Positions 31,746 to 48,594 are shown, counted from the first letter of the stretch. The stretch is 64,000 nucleotides of DNA from Eledone cirrhosa (GCA_964016885.1 OZ024742.1:369148001-369212000), one strand, 5' to 3'. Notes: generated by a model not told the origin, from the sequence alone. Program-made: numbers and translations.

Positions 31746-31941
31746 CAGACCTGTCAACTCTCCTCGTCCAACGGGGACATCTCCCACCCACTCCAAAGTG
31801 GGTGGGAGATGTCTTCTTTTGTGAAAATAGGTATAGCTTTCATTATGTAAAATCTCCCCATTTTGCCTCATTTCTCTCCGTTTTGGGGCACTTGTTTTTC
31901 ACGGTACTTCTCGCTTGCGATTTTAGAGGTTGACATGTATG
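31746..31941. mobile_element. ~200-bp TIR MITE (hAT-like termini)
   Basis: cagacctgtcaac / gttgacatgtatg; homologous to 38740-38948. Confidence 0.7.
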
Positions 31942-32410
31942 TGTGTATGTGTGTGTTTGTATTTATGTTGACTGTTTGTTTATGGTCTGTAACGTAGCGG
32001 TTCAATGAATAGAGATGAATTAATTATGTATCAGGATTTAAAATGAGTACTGGGGTCGATAGGATAGATTAAATCCCTTCAAGGAGATGTCCTAGTATAG
32101 TTGCAGTCTCATGACTGTAGCTAGTAAAAAGAATAAAAGAATACTAGGGATAAATCACTCGTCCATTTTAGTTTCACACTACTTACTTTCTTGTATTCAG
32201 TCAATCAACCACACGTCTTCAGCAATAATTCTTACGTCGGTCAAATATCAGCTTTTTTTTCTTGCTTTTTTCAAGAAAATCGGACAAAATCAATTGATTA
32301 ACGTACACTGCACGTCTTGTTAGTCAAATATGCAAAAATCTAGCTTCAGAAAAATATATTTCTTGTCATTTCAACTGAATAATTTCCGTGAAAATAATAA
32401 CAAACATTAA

Positions 32411-32888
32411 CCCCTTTCGTGCCTATAATCCTAATGAAATCGCTCTGATCGTTCGACAAGATCCCAGATCTCATTCACTTGTCGAGTTGCGTGGATCTCG
32501 ACAAATTGGATCAAGGAAATAATGTTATCATCGATACTTTCTGCCAGTCGCAACTCCTGGCAGAAAGAGCAGCGTGGAATAAAGTGTCTTGTTCAAAAAC
32601 ACGACGCATCCCCCGGTCCGAGAATTGAACTCGCAACCTCACGATTGTGAATCCAACTCTCTAACCACTAAGCCACGTGCCTTCACTAATGAAATACTCT
32701 CTATTTTAAACGAAGAATTTGGAGGAATTCACTAAATTATTGATATTAATTATTTGAATATTAAGATGGTATTTTTAATATAGCATAAAATTATGTTGAA
32801 AGATTTTAATTTAAATAGAAACACTTTAAAATGGGTGGTTTTGTTTCATAGAGCCAGCCCGGTTTTGACTGGACAGGTGTCAAAAGGG
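32411..32888 (-). mobile_element. piggyBac-type MITE carrying a SINE insertion
   Basis: TTAA|CCC ... GGG|TTAT; reverse-orientation homologue of 33801-34038. Confidence 0.7.
32441..32685 (-). mobile_element. CORE-like SINE with a highly structured tail
   Basis: 10-bp TSD ctaatgaaat (32431-32440, 32686-32695); tRNA head at 32610-32685. Confidence 0.85.
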
Positions 32889-32989
32889 TTATTACAATGG
32901 CCTTTTTTTTTCTTTTTTTTTTAATTGTCAGGTCAACAGTAATGTTGGCAGGGGAATAATTGTAAGGGTATGGTAAATCTAATAATAGT

Positions 32990-33625
32990 AATTGTTTCTG
33001 ATTTAGGCACAAGGCCAACAATTTGAGGGAAGGAATAAATCAATTAAATCGAACCCAGTGTATTACTGGTGCTTTATTCACCGATCACGGTGTAAGGCAA
33101 AGATAACCTCGGCGAGATTTGAACTCAGAACGTAAAGAGCCGTAACTCTAAGCCACAATGCATGTCCGACGCTCTACCGATAGTTCCAACCCACCGCCCT
33201 AACAATAATGATTTCTGATTTTAAACCAACAATTTTGGTGGGAGGGGAAAGTCGATTAAATAAACCCCAGTGCATTACTGATACTTTATTTTATCGACCC
33301 CCATAAGGATGAAAGGTAAAGCTAACCTCGGCAGGATTTGAACTCAGATTGTAGAGCCGAAACTCTGTGCCATAAAGCATGATGTCCGACGCTCTAACAA
33401 CACCGCTTTAACCGCCCTAAAAATAATGATTTCTGATTTAGGCTGATCAACAATTTTTGTGGGAGGGAAACGTCGATTAAATTGACCCCAGTGCATTACT
33501 GGTGCTTTATTTATTGACCCGGTAAGGATGAAAGGCAAAGCTAACCTCGGCGGGATTTGAAACCAGAACGTAACGAACCAGAGCCAAATACCGCAAGGCA
33601 ACGATTCTTCCAGTCAATTGCCAAT
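32990..33625 (-). mobile_element. Three head-to-tail SINE family A copies
   Basis: Three ~210-bp units joined by aataatgatttctgattt. Confidence 0.88.
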
Positions 33626-33800
33626 AATAGCAATCGTTAAGTTAATGTTTTTTCTGTGCGTTTTTAAATTGTCGATTGACGAATAATGCCGGCAGGGAAT
33701 TATTTAGAAACTAAGTATAGACAGGATTAGGGTAGAAGCAGACTTTTACGAAATTAAGTACATTAACCCTGACGGCTGAGATATTCCAGTGTCGGTTTAA

Positions 33801-34038
33801 CCCTTTTGCTACCAGCCCGGTTAAAATCAGCTCTGGTTCTATAAAACACAACCAATTTTAAATAGTTCCTATATAAATTAAAACCTTCCAACATAATTTG
33901 ACATCAGAAACCTTTGTTAAATTATATTACAACTATCATTTTAATGGTGAAATAAGGAATATTAGTCAATCCCTCCAAATTCTTCATTAATCAATTCAAA
34001 TATAGTGCATTTAATTATATATATACGTAATGAAAGGG
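33801..34038 (+). mobile_element. piggyBac-type MITE
   Basis: TTAA TSD at both ends; termini cccttttgctac / gtaatgaaaggg. Confidence 0.8.
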
Positions 34039-34449
34039 TTAAATGACTCTGTATTTCTGCACTCTGACTTCAAATCATTAAATTTGCATTTCATCTTTTT
34101 GTGGTCGATAAATAATGTCCCAATCTAGGGCTGTATATTGGTTGTGTTTTTAGAGCGTGTAACGTAATACCTGGCGGCATTTTGTCATCTGAGTTCGTCT
34201 GTGGCGTTACCGATGCCAAGCTGTATCGGCATTTACTTTTCCCTTGGACAGCATTGGGAGCATGGAGCGGGGAAACTGGTATGCATGAACAACTGCTGGT
34301 CTTCCACAAAAAAACACCTGCCCAACCCTGCGTCTTGTAAATGGTTAGAAATGAGACATAAAAAGGATCCGGAAGTTATCTTGATTTTACTTAACAAATC
34401 TGTAATAAGCATTAAAGTAGGATTCGAGTAGATGACAATAAATAGGGAT

Positions 34450-34665
34450 TTCTGATTTAAACACAAAGCCAGCAGTTTGTGGGGAGGAAAAAGTGCATTA
34501 CAGTGCATTACTGGTGTTTTATTTTATCGACCTCGTAACGTAGAAAGGCAAAGCCAACCTCAGCGGGATTTGATCTCAGAACGTAAAGAGCTGTAACTCT
34601 ATGCTGCAAAGCATGTTGTCCGAGGCCCTACCGATACTGCTAACCCACAGGCCTACCAGATGACA
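34450..34665 (-). mobile_element. SINE family A variant
   Basis: Shares the extension gaggccctaccgatactgctaacccacagg..agatgacaa with 21071-21155. Confidence 0.75.
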
Positions 34666-35719
34666 ATAAACAATAAGGAAGGAAACAAGTAGCGACTCAA
34701 GTGTCGTTAAATTATAAAACAAAACCCCAAACGAAGATAGATAAGATAATCCAGGTCAGAAGACATTATGAAGGTTGTGGAATAAAATGGAGAACTTCAG
34801 AGATTGAGAATCTAGTGTAAAAGAAAAGACAAAAAACGTCGGATAAATTTTAAAGCAATTTTAATTATTGGGAAAGAAAAGCAATTATATTTTATTGAAT
34901 AAACTCACATACACGCATACACACACACATATATATATATGTATGTATATATATATACTGTATATATATATATTCTCGTTCTCTCTCTATATATAAACTC
35001 GATTGTATTTCAGTTGTGTTGAATGGCAGTGATATAACTAATTTAAAGACATTATGCTAGATCACGTAGTATTGAAATACCAGAGAATTAACTTGCTGCT
35101 ATTTCAAATAGGGTTGTGAATCTTCCAAGACAAATAGAGCAGAATTTTTCTATAGATTTATTAGTAAGGTGGTTAAATTCTTTGTTACAAACATTGCCCG
35201 TGTTTCATAATTTTGTTTTGTTTGCTTTTGTACTTTATCTGCTAAATATGGCCGAGATAATTAGTGTCAAGTTGAATGTGTATTGGTATTTTCTCTTGTG
35301 TTCTTAAAACTAGAAATACGTAGAAAATTTGAAGAGAAAAGGAGAAAAGAAATAGCAAGAAAAATCTATTAATAAACAAACCCTTTGAATAGGAGAAACG
35401 CAGAGAAGATAACCAAAACCAGAATACTACTACTGTAAATAATATAATAATAATAATAATTAATATGATAACAAACAACAATGATAAGAATAGGTGTGTT
35501 TATGTCTCGGTAGTGGTTGCTTAGGCGTTTGTTATGTAGTGTGTATGTATGTAACAGCATGTGGTTGTGTTTATCAGAATGTCCGTCTGTATGTATATAT
35601 CTGTATATTTTCTCCTTTTTTTTCTCTATTTGTTATCTGTTTTCGTGAGTCTACCTATATATCTATATCTTGTATACATAGACACACCAATATATGTATT
35701 GATATATTGTTTATATAAA

Positions 35720-37010
<1,291 letters not shown>

Positions 37011-37237
37011 TGCGCGTGTGTGTGTCTATATATATATATATAAGGTGTATTTGTGATCTGTATGTAAATATAAGCGTGCTTATTATCGTTTGCTTCTTTC
37101 TGTCCCAGATATCACACTACAGTCATTCTAAATATTTTAGACGTATTTCTATCGATTGTTGTTACTATCCTATAATCCGATACTACTACTTATACTAGCT
37201 ATGTAAGTCTCACTGATTCTCATACACATACACTCTC

Positions 37238-37268
<31 letters not shown>

Positions 37269-37310
37269 CTGTGTGTTGTATGTATATACGTATACATGTA
37301 TACATATATA

Positions 37311-37353
<43 letters not shown>

Positions 37354-37410
37354 GCATGCATATGTGTATGTATCTGCGTATATATATGTATGCATGTTTG
37401 TATGCATATG

Positions 37411-37455
<45 letters not shown>

Positions 37456-37608
37456 GTAATTGTGTGTGTTTGTGTGGTCACTCTCCACACACACACACAC
37501 GTGTGTGTTGTATGTATATACATATACATGTATACATATATATGTGTGTGTGTATGCATATGTGTATGTATCTGCGTATATATATGTATGCATGTTTGCA
37601 TGCATACG

Positions 37609-37641
<33 letters not shown>

Positions 37642-37674
37642 TTGTGTGGTTTGATTGTGTGTGTATGTATATGC

Positions 37675-37710
<36 letters not shown>

Positions 37711-37715
37711 ATGTA

Positions 37716-38101
37716 TGGCGAACAGACAGACAATCTTCTCACATACTCTCTCACGCTGCATCTCCCTGAGAACAAGAGTGCGCATAAACACACACACACA
37801 CACATTCACACAAACACACACACATTCACACAAACACCCGCATATAATTATACATAAGCATACAAACATACATACATATATATACACATATATATATATG
37901 TGTGTGTATGTATGTATATGTGTATGTATATGTATATATGTATATGTGTATATATATATATGTATGTATGTTTGTATGCTTATGTATAATTATATGCATG
38001 TGTTTGTGTGAATGTGTGTGTGTGTGTGTTTATGCGCACTCTTGTTCTCAGGGAGATGCAGCATGAGAGAGTATGTGAGAAGATTGTCTGTCTGCTCGCC
38101 A
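37716..38101. repeat. ~75-bp unique inverted repeat around a CA/TG microsatellite spacer
   Basis: tggcgaacagacagacaatcttctcac..gtgcgcataaac / gtttatgcgcac..gtgagaagattgtctgtctgctcgcca, with about 2 mismatches. Confidence 0.92.
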
Positions 38102-38149
38102 CTGCATGGTCACCTAAACTCCTTATTGAAAGCAGGTTACATACCACCG

Positions 38150-38465
38150 GCTAAGTCTCAGAAGATTGCGAGTGATGGCAATTGTAATGGTGTAATTGTG
38201 CTTGCTCGTTAGTTCCACTATGCAGTTTTCTTTCTGGTATCTTTTAAAAAACGAGATGGACGCTGGAATGTGGACTTGTATACAAAAGAGCTCATCTTTT
38301 ATTCTGTTTCCTGTCCCAAAGGACAGCGTCTGGTCTTTTATATTGCCATGTTTCCATCTTCTGAAATGATTTAATTGCTGGGAACTTCGAAAATACGTCA
38401 TTCCATTTTCCCCAAGATTCTTCGCCAGATATAACTTGAATGGTTTCTAGTTTTCCACTGGGTAT
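38150..38465 (-). pseudogene. Possible decayed restriction-like endonuclease domain of an R2/R4/NeSL-type retroelement
   Basis: My translation gives ..WQYKRPDAVLWDRKQN, then after a frameshift ELFCIQVHIP, resembling RPD-x-V-x-WD...II-D/E-V-x-IP. Confidence 0.4.
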
Positions 38466-38739
38466 TTACAAACAACTGCTGAGATATATTAGAATATACA
38501 TTTATATTAAACATTTCTTAGTGATTATAAGCAAGCATATTAAAGAATTGTACTATTTTAGGACAAAGTGTTCAGAAACATTCGTATATTGCTTGGCGGG
38601 GGCTGAGATTAAATATCGAATGTTATAGACAGACATACTATTGAAAAGTAAATGCTATATTTAAGAGGAAAGAAGCTAATCGCCAGACTGGGATATGAAA
38701 ACAATGTTTTCATTTGTCTTTATACTACTGGTACTATCT

Positions 38740-38948
38740 CAGACCTGTCAACTCCTCCTCCCCCCCCCCCTTCGCCCGACGGGGAGATCTCCCACCCACC
38801 TTGGGGTGGGTAAGAGATGTCTTCTCTTGTGAAAATGGGTATGGCTTTCATTATGTAAAATCTCCCCATTTTACCTCGTTTCTCCCCATTTTGGGACACC
38901 TTTTTTCATGGTACTTCCTGTTTGGGTTTTTAGCGGTTGGCAGGTCTG
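38740..38948. mobile_element. ~210-bp TIR MITE (hAT-like termini)
   Basis: TIRs cagacctgtcaac / gttggcaggtctg; same family as 31746-31941. Confidence 0.8.
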
Positions 38949-39335
38949 CTACTGGTACTATTTTATTAGACCAGGAAAACAATGTTTTCATTTGTCTTTA
39001 TACTGCTGATATTATCTGACGGTCATAACTCCTGACAGAAGTGTCATTGTGTCTCCGGTGACATGAGGCAGGGTTTCAACTCTGAGTTGAAGCAGATACC
39101 ACAAGTGATCCTACCTTATTTTTTAACAATTCTGCCAATCCACCACTACTGGATTAATACAGTATTTATTGGCCCCGAATGGATAAAAGACAAAGTTGAG
39201 TTCGGCGGAAATTTGAACTCAGAGGGGAGAGAACCAGAACGAATACAACAAATCATTCAATCAGAGGTTTTAATACCTTTGCCAATTTGTCATCTACTAA
39301 TTAGATTTTATTCGTGTGTAAAACAAACCTGATAG

Positions 39336-40572
39336 ATTTATATATAAAACATTCTCGCTATTTATATTTATATAACTAACAATCACCATTATCAGCTAGC
39401 TAGTTATCCTATCATATAGCATCGTAGCATAATATCGTTTAGTTCATTTTCTAACTACTCCAATAAATGTTATCTCTTCTTCTAAAAAGGAAATTTTCTA
39501 TTTGACTAAGAAGAAAAACATCAAAACATGTAATATAAAAAATAACAAAAATACATCCAAAATAAAACGTAAGCGAATGAAGAAAAAGAAAAATTTTGTT
39601 TGGAAAAAAAAAATTGTTTGGAGTAAATGTAGCTTAAGAATGAGAAAAATTGGAAAGTTCTGGTGAAATCATATTTCCTTAAACAATAGATTGAACAAAT
39701 TTAATCTAAAAACAGATTTCATAGAAAAATTATTCCTGCTGCTACAAAGTCTTCAAAAGTATGTAGTGTGTATACTACACTTACCTATCTTTATATGGTA
39801 ACTTGATTCATTCGACTACATATTCTGGGCCATAGATGTTGGTGTGTACATGTATGTGTTGTGTTTATGTGTTTGTGTGTGTGTGTGTGTGTGGATGTTA
39901 TGACATAAAAACAAAATAGAAGATAGATATATAATGTATATTTATATGAGATTATATATATATTTGTGTGTGTATAAGAGAGAGAGAGAAGGATAGAGAG
40001 GATGTGTGTGTGTGTGTATTAGCGCTAACATACTATCTTGAAGAAAGCGTATTGCAGGATGCAATTAGGGTGAGACATGGCCTTCCGGCATACGGCAGTG
40101 ACTTGGTTCAATTCCTGCTGGTGATTCTGTTCACTTCTGTCCGTCTCAAGGAGTTATATTCCTTATTTTATTCAATTAGAGCTAATATGTGCTGTAGTGG
40201 CCTTTGCGAGAGATAAAACATTCTCTTGAATTTAAATCTTAAACTCTCTTTAGACCTTACACATACACATGTATATATTTTATTTTATTTTGAAATCATG
40301 TTTATCTAAAGTAAGTTGCTTCAACGTAGGTTTCTTTTACTGTGAAAATAGTTGAACATATAAACTCCAAGAGAGGGAAAAAGTGGACAGTATTGCCGGC
40401 GGTAGGTGTAAGTTGGATTCATACAAGTGATGCTTATTGAATGCCATTTATATATAAAACATTCTCGCTATTTATATTTATATAACTAACAATCACCATT
40501 ATCAGCTAGCTAGTTAGCATCGTAGCATAATATCGTTTAGTTCATTTTCTAACTACTCCAATAAATGTTATC
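39336..40572. repeat. Direct repeat pair 39336-39474 and 40446-40572
   Basis: Identical apart from a 12-nt indel (tcctatcatata). Confidence 0.92.
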
Positions 40573-40576
40573 CCCC

Positions 40577-40930
40577 AGAGGGTCGGACGCCATGCTTTCC
40601 AGCATAGTTACATCCCTTTATGATCTGAGTTCAAATCCCGCCGAGGTTGACTTTGCCTTTCATCCTTACGGGGTCGATAAAATAAAGTACTAGTAATGCA
40701 CTGGGTAATTGCTGGCCTTGTGCCTAAAGTAGAAACAATTAATTATATGGTGGATTGGCAGTATCAGTAGAGGGTCGGACGCCATGCTTTGACGCATAGT
40801 TACGGCCCTTGCCATTCTGAGTTCAAATCCCGCCGAGGTTAACTTTGCCTTTCATTCTTACGGAGTCGATAAAATAAAGTACCAGTAATACACTGGGTAA
40901 TTGCTGGCATTGTGCCAAAAGTAGAAACAA
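40577..40930 (+). mobile_element. Two head-to-tail SINE family A copies
   Basis: Two B-boxes and two gtagaaacaattaattat tails; the first copy is 5'-truncated. Confidence 0.9.
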
Positions 40931-40974
<44 letters not shown>

Positions 40975-41166
40975 GATAGTATTCAAGAAACATATATACA
41001 CACACACAAACAAAATATATAAAGATATATATATATATATATATATGTGTATGTATTGAAGTTTCCGTTGAAAATTGAAAAAGTCATAGGAGTGAAGAGT
41101 GCTGTATGTAAGTTACAGAGCTAAATTTAATATCTATATCTATCTATCTATCTCTATATATATATA

Positions 41167-41520
41167 ATGCACGGAACGCAAAACAAGTAGCTTTGTCAGG
41201 CACCAAGTTAACAAATATGCCGCATGCCTGCAGAAAGGAAACACACTTTGCGATGGTGAAAAGATGGAAGCTTGCTTGGCATGGTCATGTATCTCGCCCC
41301 AACTAACTCCTTGTCTAAAACCATCTTTCAAGGCACAGTCGAGGGAATGCGAAGTAGGGGCAGACAAAGTAAATCCTGGTCCGTCAACATGAAAGATAGG
41401 ACTGGTCATAACACCGAGACTCTTCTATGCATGACGGAGAATAGAGACCAGTGGTGAAGGCAGACTGCGAAAGCGTCTCAAGTGGCACTCCAACGACTGG
41501 CTTCACCAGTTGCGGGAGAA
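41167..41520 (+). mobile_element. Decayed RTE-clade 3' fragment
   Basis: SKTIFQGTVEGMRSRGRQSKSW..NRDQW. Confidence 0.8.
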
Positions 41521-41551
41521 CATGATATATAGTATTAAATTAAAAATAGAT

Positions 41552-41603
<52 letters not shown>

Positions 41604-41735
41604 AACACATCAAACAATTACAGCGGATAATTTGTAAAGAGTGTATACACATAGTCACAGGTAATATATTAAAAATTAACGTGAACCCCGAATATTCGCA
41701 GACATGACATCTTTAATTTAATTTTGGTTATATAT

Positions 41736-41772
<37 letters not shown>

Positions 41773-41810
41773 TTAAGGAATAACCAAAGAGTGCTTATAA
41801 ATACATTATT

Positions 41811-41867
41811 TTATTAGCTAACAGTGTTTCATCCATACCCTATGGCAGGAATCATCAGAGCCTATAA
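41811..41867 (-). ncRNA. Minimal type I hammerhead ribozyme followed by AATAAA and tail
   Basis: Minus strand: gcu CUGAUGA uucc-ugccauaggguau-ggau GAAAC acu GUU^agc uaAUAAA..aagcacucuuugg..(TA)n. Confidence 0.65.
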
Positions 41868-43335
41868 ACAAGAATATATCAAAGGTTGCAGGCTCCATCA
41901 AACTCAGTCACCAGAACAAGGTTAAAGGACCAGTAGGGGGGGTCCCAAGGCCAGCGCTATATAGAAAAACACACAATACATGACGCACATAATGTCATAA
42001 AATATCATAAAAATTGACATCAAAAATGTATCACATAAATGGTGCAACAGATGATAAGGAGGTTGGAAGAGGATAGCAAGAAATGAGTGAGGGTGTTCCT
42101 CAGCATGATCAAAAACAACAAGAAAACAAAGAAACAAAAAAAAAAAAAAAAAAAAAACAAAGCAAAGCAAAGCAAAGCATAGATACATCAATTCACAAGC
42201 AGTGCAAATACAGGATGTACAGGAAGAATATGAGAGCTTGCAAACATGTGTCCGTGGGAAGAATAGTTGGTTAGCGGTGGTGCAGCTTTACATGTAGGAT
42301 TGTATATAGGGAGGATGGTGCATTCCAGTTATATCGCCTTGTAACAGGTCGATTTCTCCATATCATACCAGCACCCTACGAACAACATCCATTGGTTCCA
42401 ATTCCAAGCGTTAGACGATATAATACTGTTTCCAAAACATATACTCAGAGGATTTCTCCGCATAGGCAGTCTGCAACAAACACCTTAAATCTAAAATAAA
42501 GTAAAGTACGATGAGTTGAAGTAAAGTAGGGTATATGTACAGCCGGGACACCAGTGAGGAAATTGAAAATAAGACAGGTCCGCAATAACTGCTCTCACCC
42601 AAAGTCCACACGTTCGGTCACTCAACCCAACGTCCCAAGGGAAATTCACTATATATATATATACACACACACATGAAATATATACACACTTCAACAGCAT
42701 TTAAATAAGTATTGCCTGTACTAGTAATCAAAGTATGTATACATTTTGGGGGACACCCTGTGTATATGTGTGTGTGTATGTGTGTGTCTATGTGTGTGTG
42801 TATGTGTGTGTCTATGTGTGTGTGTCTATGTGTGTGTGTATACACGATCCGCTTCTACAAGGTATGCCTCTCCCAAATTACACAGACTATGTATTGGTCA
42901 AGCTGATGCTGTAGTAGAAGACAGCATACCGAGATGCGGTGCAGTGAAATTAAACAAGGAGTCATATAGTTGCGAAACACACGTTTTAACTATACAGTCA
43001 TGTCTGTATCTATAATTATCAGAAAAATAAATGAACATGTAATACAACTAACCGAGTGTGTTATGTGTATTGTGTGAATGGCATTAGGAGGGAGCATTAT
43101 ATGCATATATATATATATGTATATACATACATACAAGCATACATACATACATACACACATACAAGCATACATACATACATACACACATACAAGTATACAT
43201 ACACACATACAAGCATACATACATACATACACACATACAAGCATACATACATGTTAACGTGTTAATGTTGGGTTGCAGATTTATAGGTACTCGTATAAAA
43301 ATAACATCTGCTGGTGGGATGACTAAATTCATGTA

Positions 43336-43436
<101 letters not shown>

Positions 43437-43441
43437 TATAC

Positions 43442-43478
<37 letters not shown>

Positions 43479-43517
43479 CATATATATACATATATATATA
43501 TATATACATATATATAC

Positions 43518-43570
<53 letters not shown>

Positions 43571-43603
43571 TATACATATATATATATATATACATATATA
43601 TAC

Positions 43604-45884
<2,281 letters not shown>

Positions 45885-45934
45885 TATATATATATATATA
45901 TATATATTATACATATATATATATACATATATAC

Positions 45935-45965
<31 letters not shown>

Positions 45966-46072
45966 CATATATACTATATATAATACATATATACATATAC
46001 ATATATATATACATATATACATATATATATATATATACATATATATATACATATATATATATATACATATAT

Positions 46073-48301
46073 GTCATCTCTCCTGTCCATCCGTTTGACG
46101 CTATGGATTTCCACAATGCAAACTGGGAAGCGATCAGTCATGATCTTGCACTTGTCGACTGGTCCTTCACGCACACTCATACACCCACTAACATCAAAAA
46201 GTCCTGGCAGACATTTGTGGACACTGTTACAAACATATGTGCTAAACACACCCCATTAAGAACTATAAACAAATCTAAGAGCAGAATCCCTAGAAATAGA
46301 AAAACGCTCATCAGAAAAATTAAGAGAACGAACAAAAAAATCAACAAGCTGAAATACTGTCAGCAGCAACACATCAACTTAACTGCCATTTCATCACTAG
46401 AGATTAAAAAACATAACCCCCAAAACAACATAATGTCCCTCATCAACAATCAGAGAAGAGCTGAAGAGGCCTGGGCCATTGAGAAGATCAAACTCAATCC
46501 CAAAGTGTTCTTTTCATTTGCAAAAAAACACAAAATCACTGGCTCTACTGTTGGCCCTCTAATTGATGAAAATGGCACTCTTCAAGACAATGCTAAAACC
46601 ATGGGTGAGATACTGCAGAAACAATACTGCTCTGTTTTCAGCAATCCTGATATGGCCGATCTGGGCTGTATCGGCGATGTTACTCCCCATTACACCTTAT
46701 CGGACATAACGTTTGGCGCCCCTGATGTCCTGGCGGCAATAAAGGAAATCAAGCATAATTCAGCAGTAGGTCCCGATAGGTTCCCTGCTTGTGTCTTGAA
46801 GGCGTGTCAACACCAACTTGCATCTCCTCTTGCCAATCTGTGGCGGAACTCACTGGATGCTGGATATGTGCCAGAAAACCTTCTATCCCAGTCTGTTGTC
46901 CCAGTTTTCAAAAAGGGAAACAAATCCCTTGCCGTGAATTACCGTCCAATCTCACTCACCTCTCATATCATTAAGGTATTTGAGCGAGTGGTGAGATCGC
47001 AAATGACCCACTTCTTTGAGAGTAACAATATGCTGAACTCCAACCAGCATGGATTCCGTAATGGAAGGGATTGCCTGACGCAGCTACTGCATCACTTTGA
47101 TGACATTTTGAGAGCCTTGGGAGAGGGTTCCAACACTGATGTTATCTACCTTGATTTCAGCAAGGCCTTTGACAGGGTTGATCATAACATTCTACTGAGA
47201 AAGCTGTCCAATATTGGTGTCACTGGAAAGCTGCTGCAGTGGATCAAGAGCTTCCTGTCAAACAGAACCCAACATGTTGTAGTTGAACGAGTCAAATCAA
47301 GCCCAGCCAAAGTCAGTAGTGGGGTCCCACAAGGCACTGTGTTGGGCCCACTTCTCTTCATCATCTATATTAATGACATCACTGACATCATCAAACACAG
47401 CAACATTAAAATTTTCGCTGATGATTCCAAGCTCCAAAAGGTCATCAATGGCGTGGATGACCGGATAAGCCTTCAGTCAGACCTACTGGCTGTTACCCAA
47501 TGGGCAGAAAAGAACAACATGTTACTGAACGAAGACAAATTTGAACTGATCCACTTTGGAAAAGAGGATGCTCTGAAACTCCCGTACTCCCTTCCCTCCG
47601 GGGAAACTCTCGTGGCATCTAACAACATCAGAGACTTGGGAGTAACCGTGGACAGCAATATAAGCTGGACCACGCATATAAGCAGCAAAGTTGACATGGC
47701 CCGCAGAATGTGTTCCTGGATCCTCAGAACCTTCCAGTCGAGAGATTCCCGCACCATTATCCTTCTCTTCTCTACTTTCGCCCGACCACACCTTGAATAC
47801 TGTTGTCCACTGTGGTCTCCCCACACGAAGCAAAGTATCATGAAACTTGAAGCTCCCCAAAGGGCAATCACGAAAAAGATAGATGGCATGTCAGACCTTG
47901 ACTACTGGGGTCGATTAGAAAACCTGAAACTTTACTCACTCCAACGTCGCCGTGAGCGTTATATTATCTGCATGATGTGGAAAATGTTCCATCATCACTG
48001 CCCAAATGATGTTGGCATCGCCTTCAAGATACACCCAAGGCTTGGGCCCCGTGCTATCCGTCCCATTCAAAAATCTAAATCGCAACTCATAACAACAATA
48101 CGGCACAATTATTTCACCTCAATCGGCCCTGCTCTCTTCAACATCACACCAGGACACGTCAAAACAGAAACTGACCACACAAAATTCAAGAAGTCTTTGG
48201 ACAAATTCCTCCAAGTAATCCCGGACAAACCACCCACACCCGGATATGTCTCCGCAAACAGTAATTCTCTTCTCGAATGGGCCATGGTGTCCAAATCCTG
48301 A
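46073..48301 (+). CDS. CR1-type reverse transcriptase (endonuclease missing, uninterrupted)
   Basis: [63 protein letters not shown]. Confidence 0.93.
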   Translation, partial: VISPVHPFDAMDFHNANWEAISHDLALVDWSFTHTHTPTNIKKSWQTFVDTVTNICAKHTPLRTINKSKSRIPRNRKTLIRKIKRTNKKINKLKYCQQQHINLTAISSLEIKKHNPQNNIMSLINNQRRAEEAWAIEKIKLNPKVFFSFAKKHKITGSTVGPLIDENGTLQDNAKTMGEILQKQYCSVFSNPDMADLGCIGDVTPHYTLSDITFGAPDVLAAIKEIKHNSAVGPDRFPACVLKACQHQLASPLANLWRNSLDAGYVPENLLSQSVVPVFKKGNKSLAVNYRPISLTSHIIKVFERVVRSQMTHFFESNNMLNSNQHGFRNGRDCLTQLLHHFDDILRALGEGSNTDVIYLDFSKAFDRVDHNILLRKLSNIGVTGKLLQWIKSFLSNRTQHVVVERVKSSPAKVSSGVPQGTVLGPLLFIIYINDITDIIKHSNIKIFADDSKLQKVINGVDDRISLQSDLLAVTQWAEKNNMLLNEDKFELIHFGKEDALKLPYSLPSGETLVASNNIRDLGVTVDSNISWTTHISSKVDMARRMCSWILRTFQSRDSRTIILLFSTFARPHLEYCCPLWSPHTKQSIMKLEAPQRAITKKIDGMSDLDYWGRLENLKLYSLQRRRERYIICMMWKMFHHHCPNDVGIAFKIHPRLGPRAIRPIQKSKSQLITTIRHNYFTSIGPALFNITPGHVKTETDHTKFKKSLDKFLQVIPDKPPTPGYVSANSNSLLEWAMVSKS

Positions 48302-48388
48302 ATTGAAAGACTTCGCCAGGTGGTGCTATTAAGTTAGACATGGCCTGGGCCAATACTGGCCAAAACATTTCAAAGTTATTCAAAGTTA
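46073..48388 (+). mobile_element. CR1-clade LINE, 5'-truncated
   Basis: RT ORF plus short 3' UTR ending in (ttcaaagtta)x2; embedded in (TA/CA)n. Confidence 0.93.
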
Positions 48389-48519
48389 TATACATATATA
48401 TATACATATATATACATATATATATATATACATATATACATATATACATATATATATATACACATATATATATATACACATATATATATATACATATATA
48501 TATATACATATATATATAC

Positions 48520-48550
<31 letters not shown>

Positions 48551-48563
48551 CATATATATATAC

Positions 48564-48594
<31 letters not shown>

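Noticed and set aside
32186-32330. Minus-strand exon candidate with gtaagt donor (DFLEKSKKKKLIF) as another sirtuin piece
   Set aside because: Stops occur before the donor, and the order relative to the 30129-30353 fragment is wrong.
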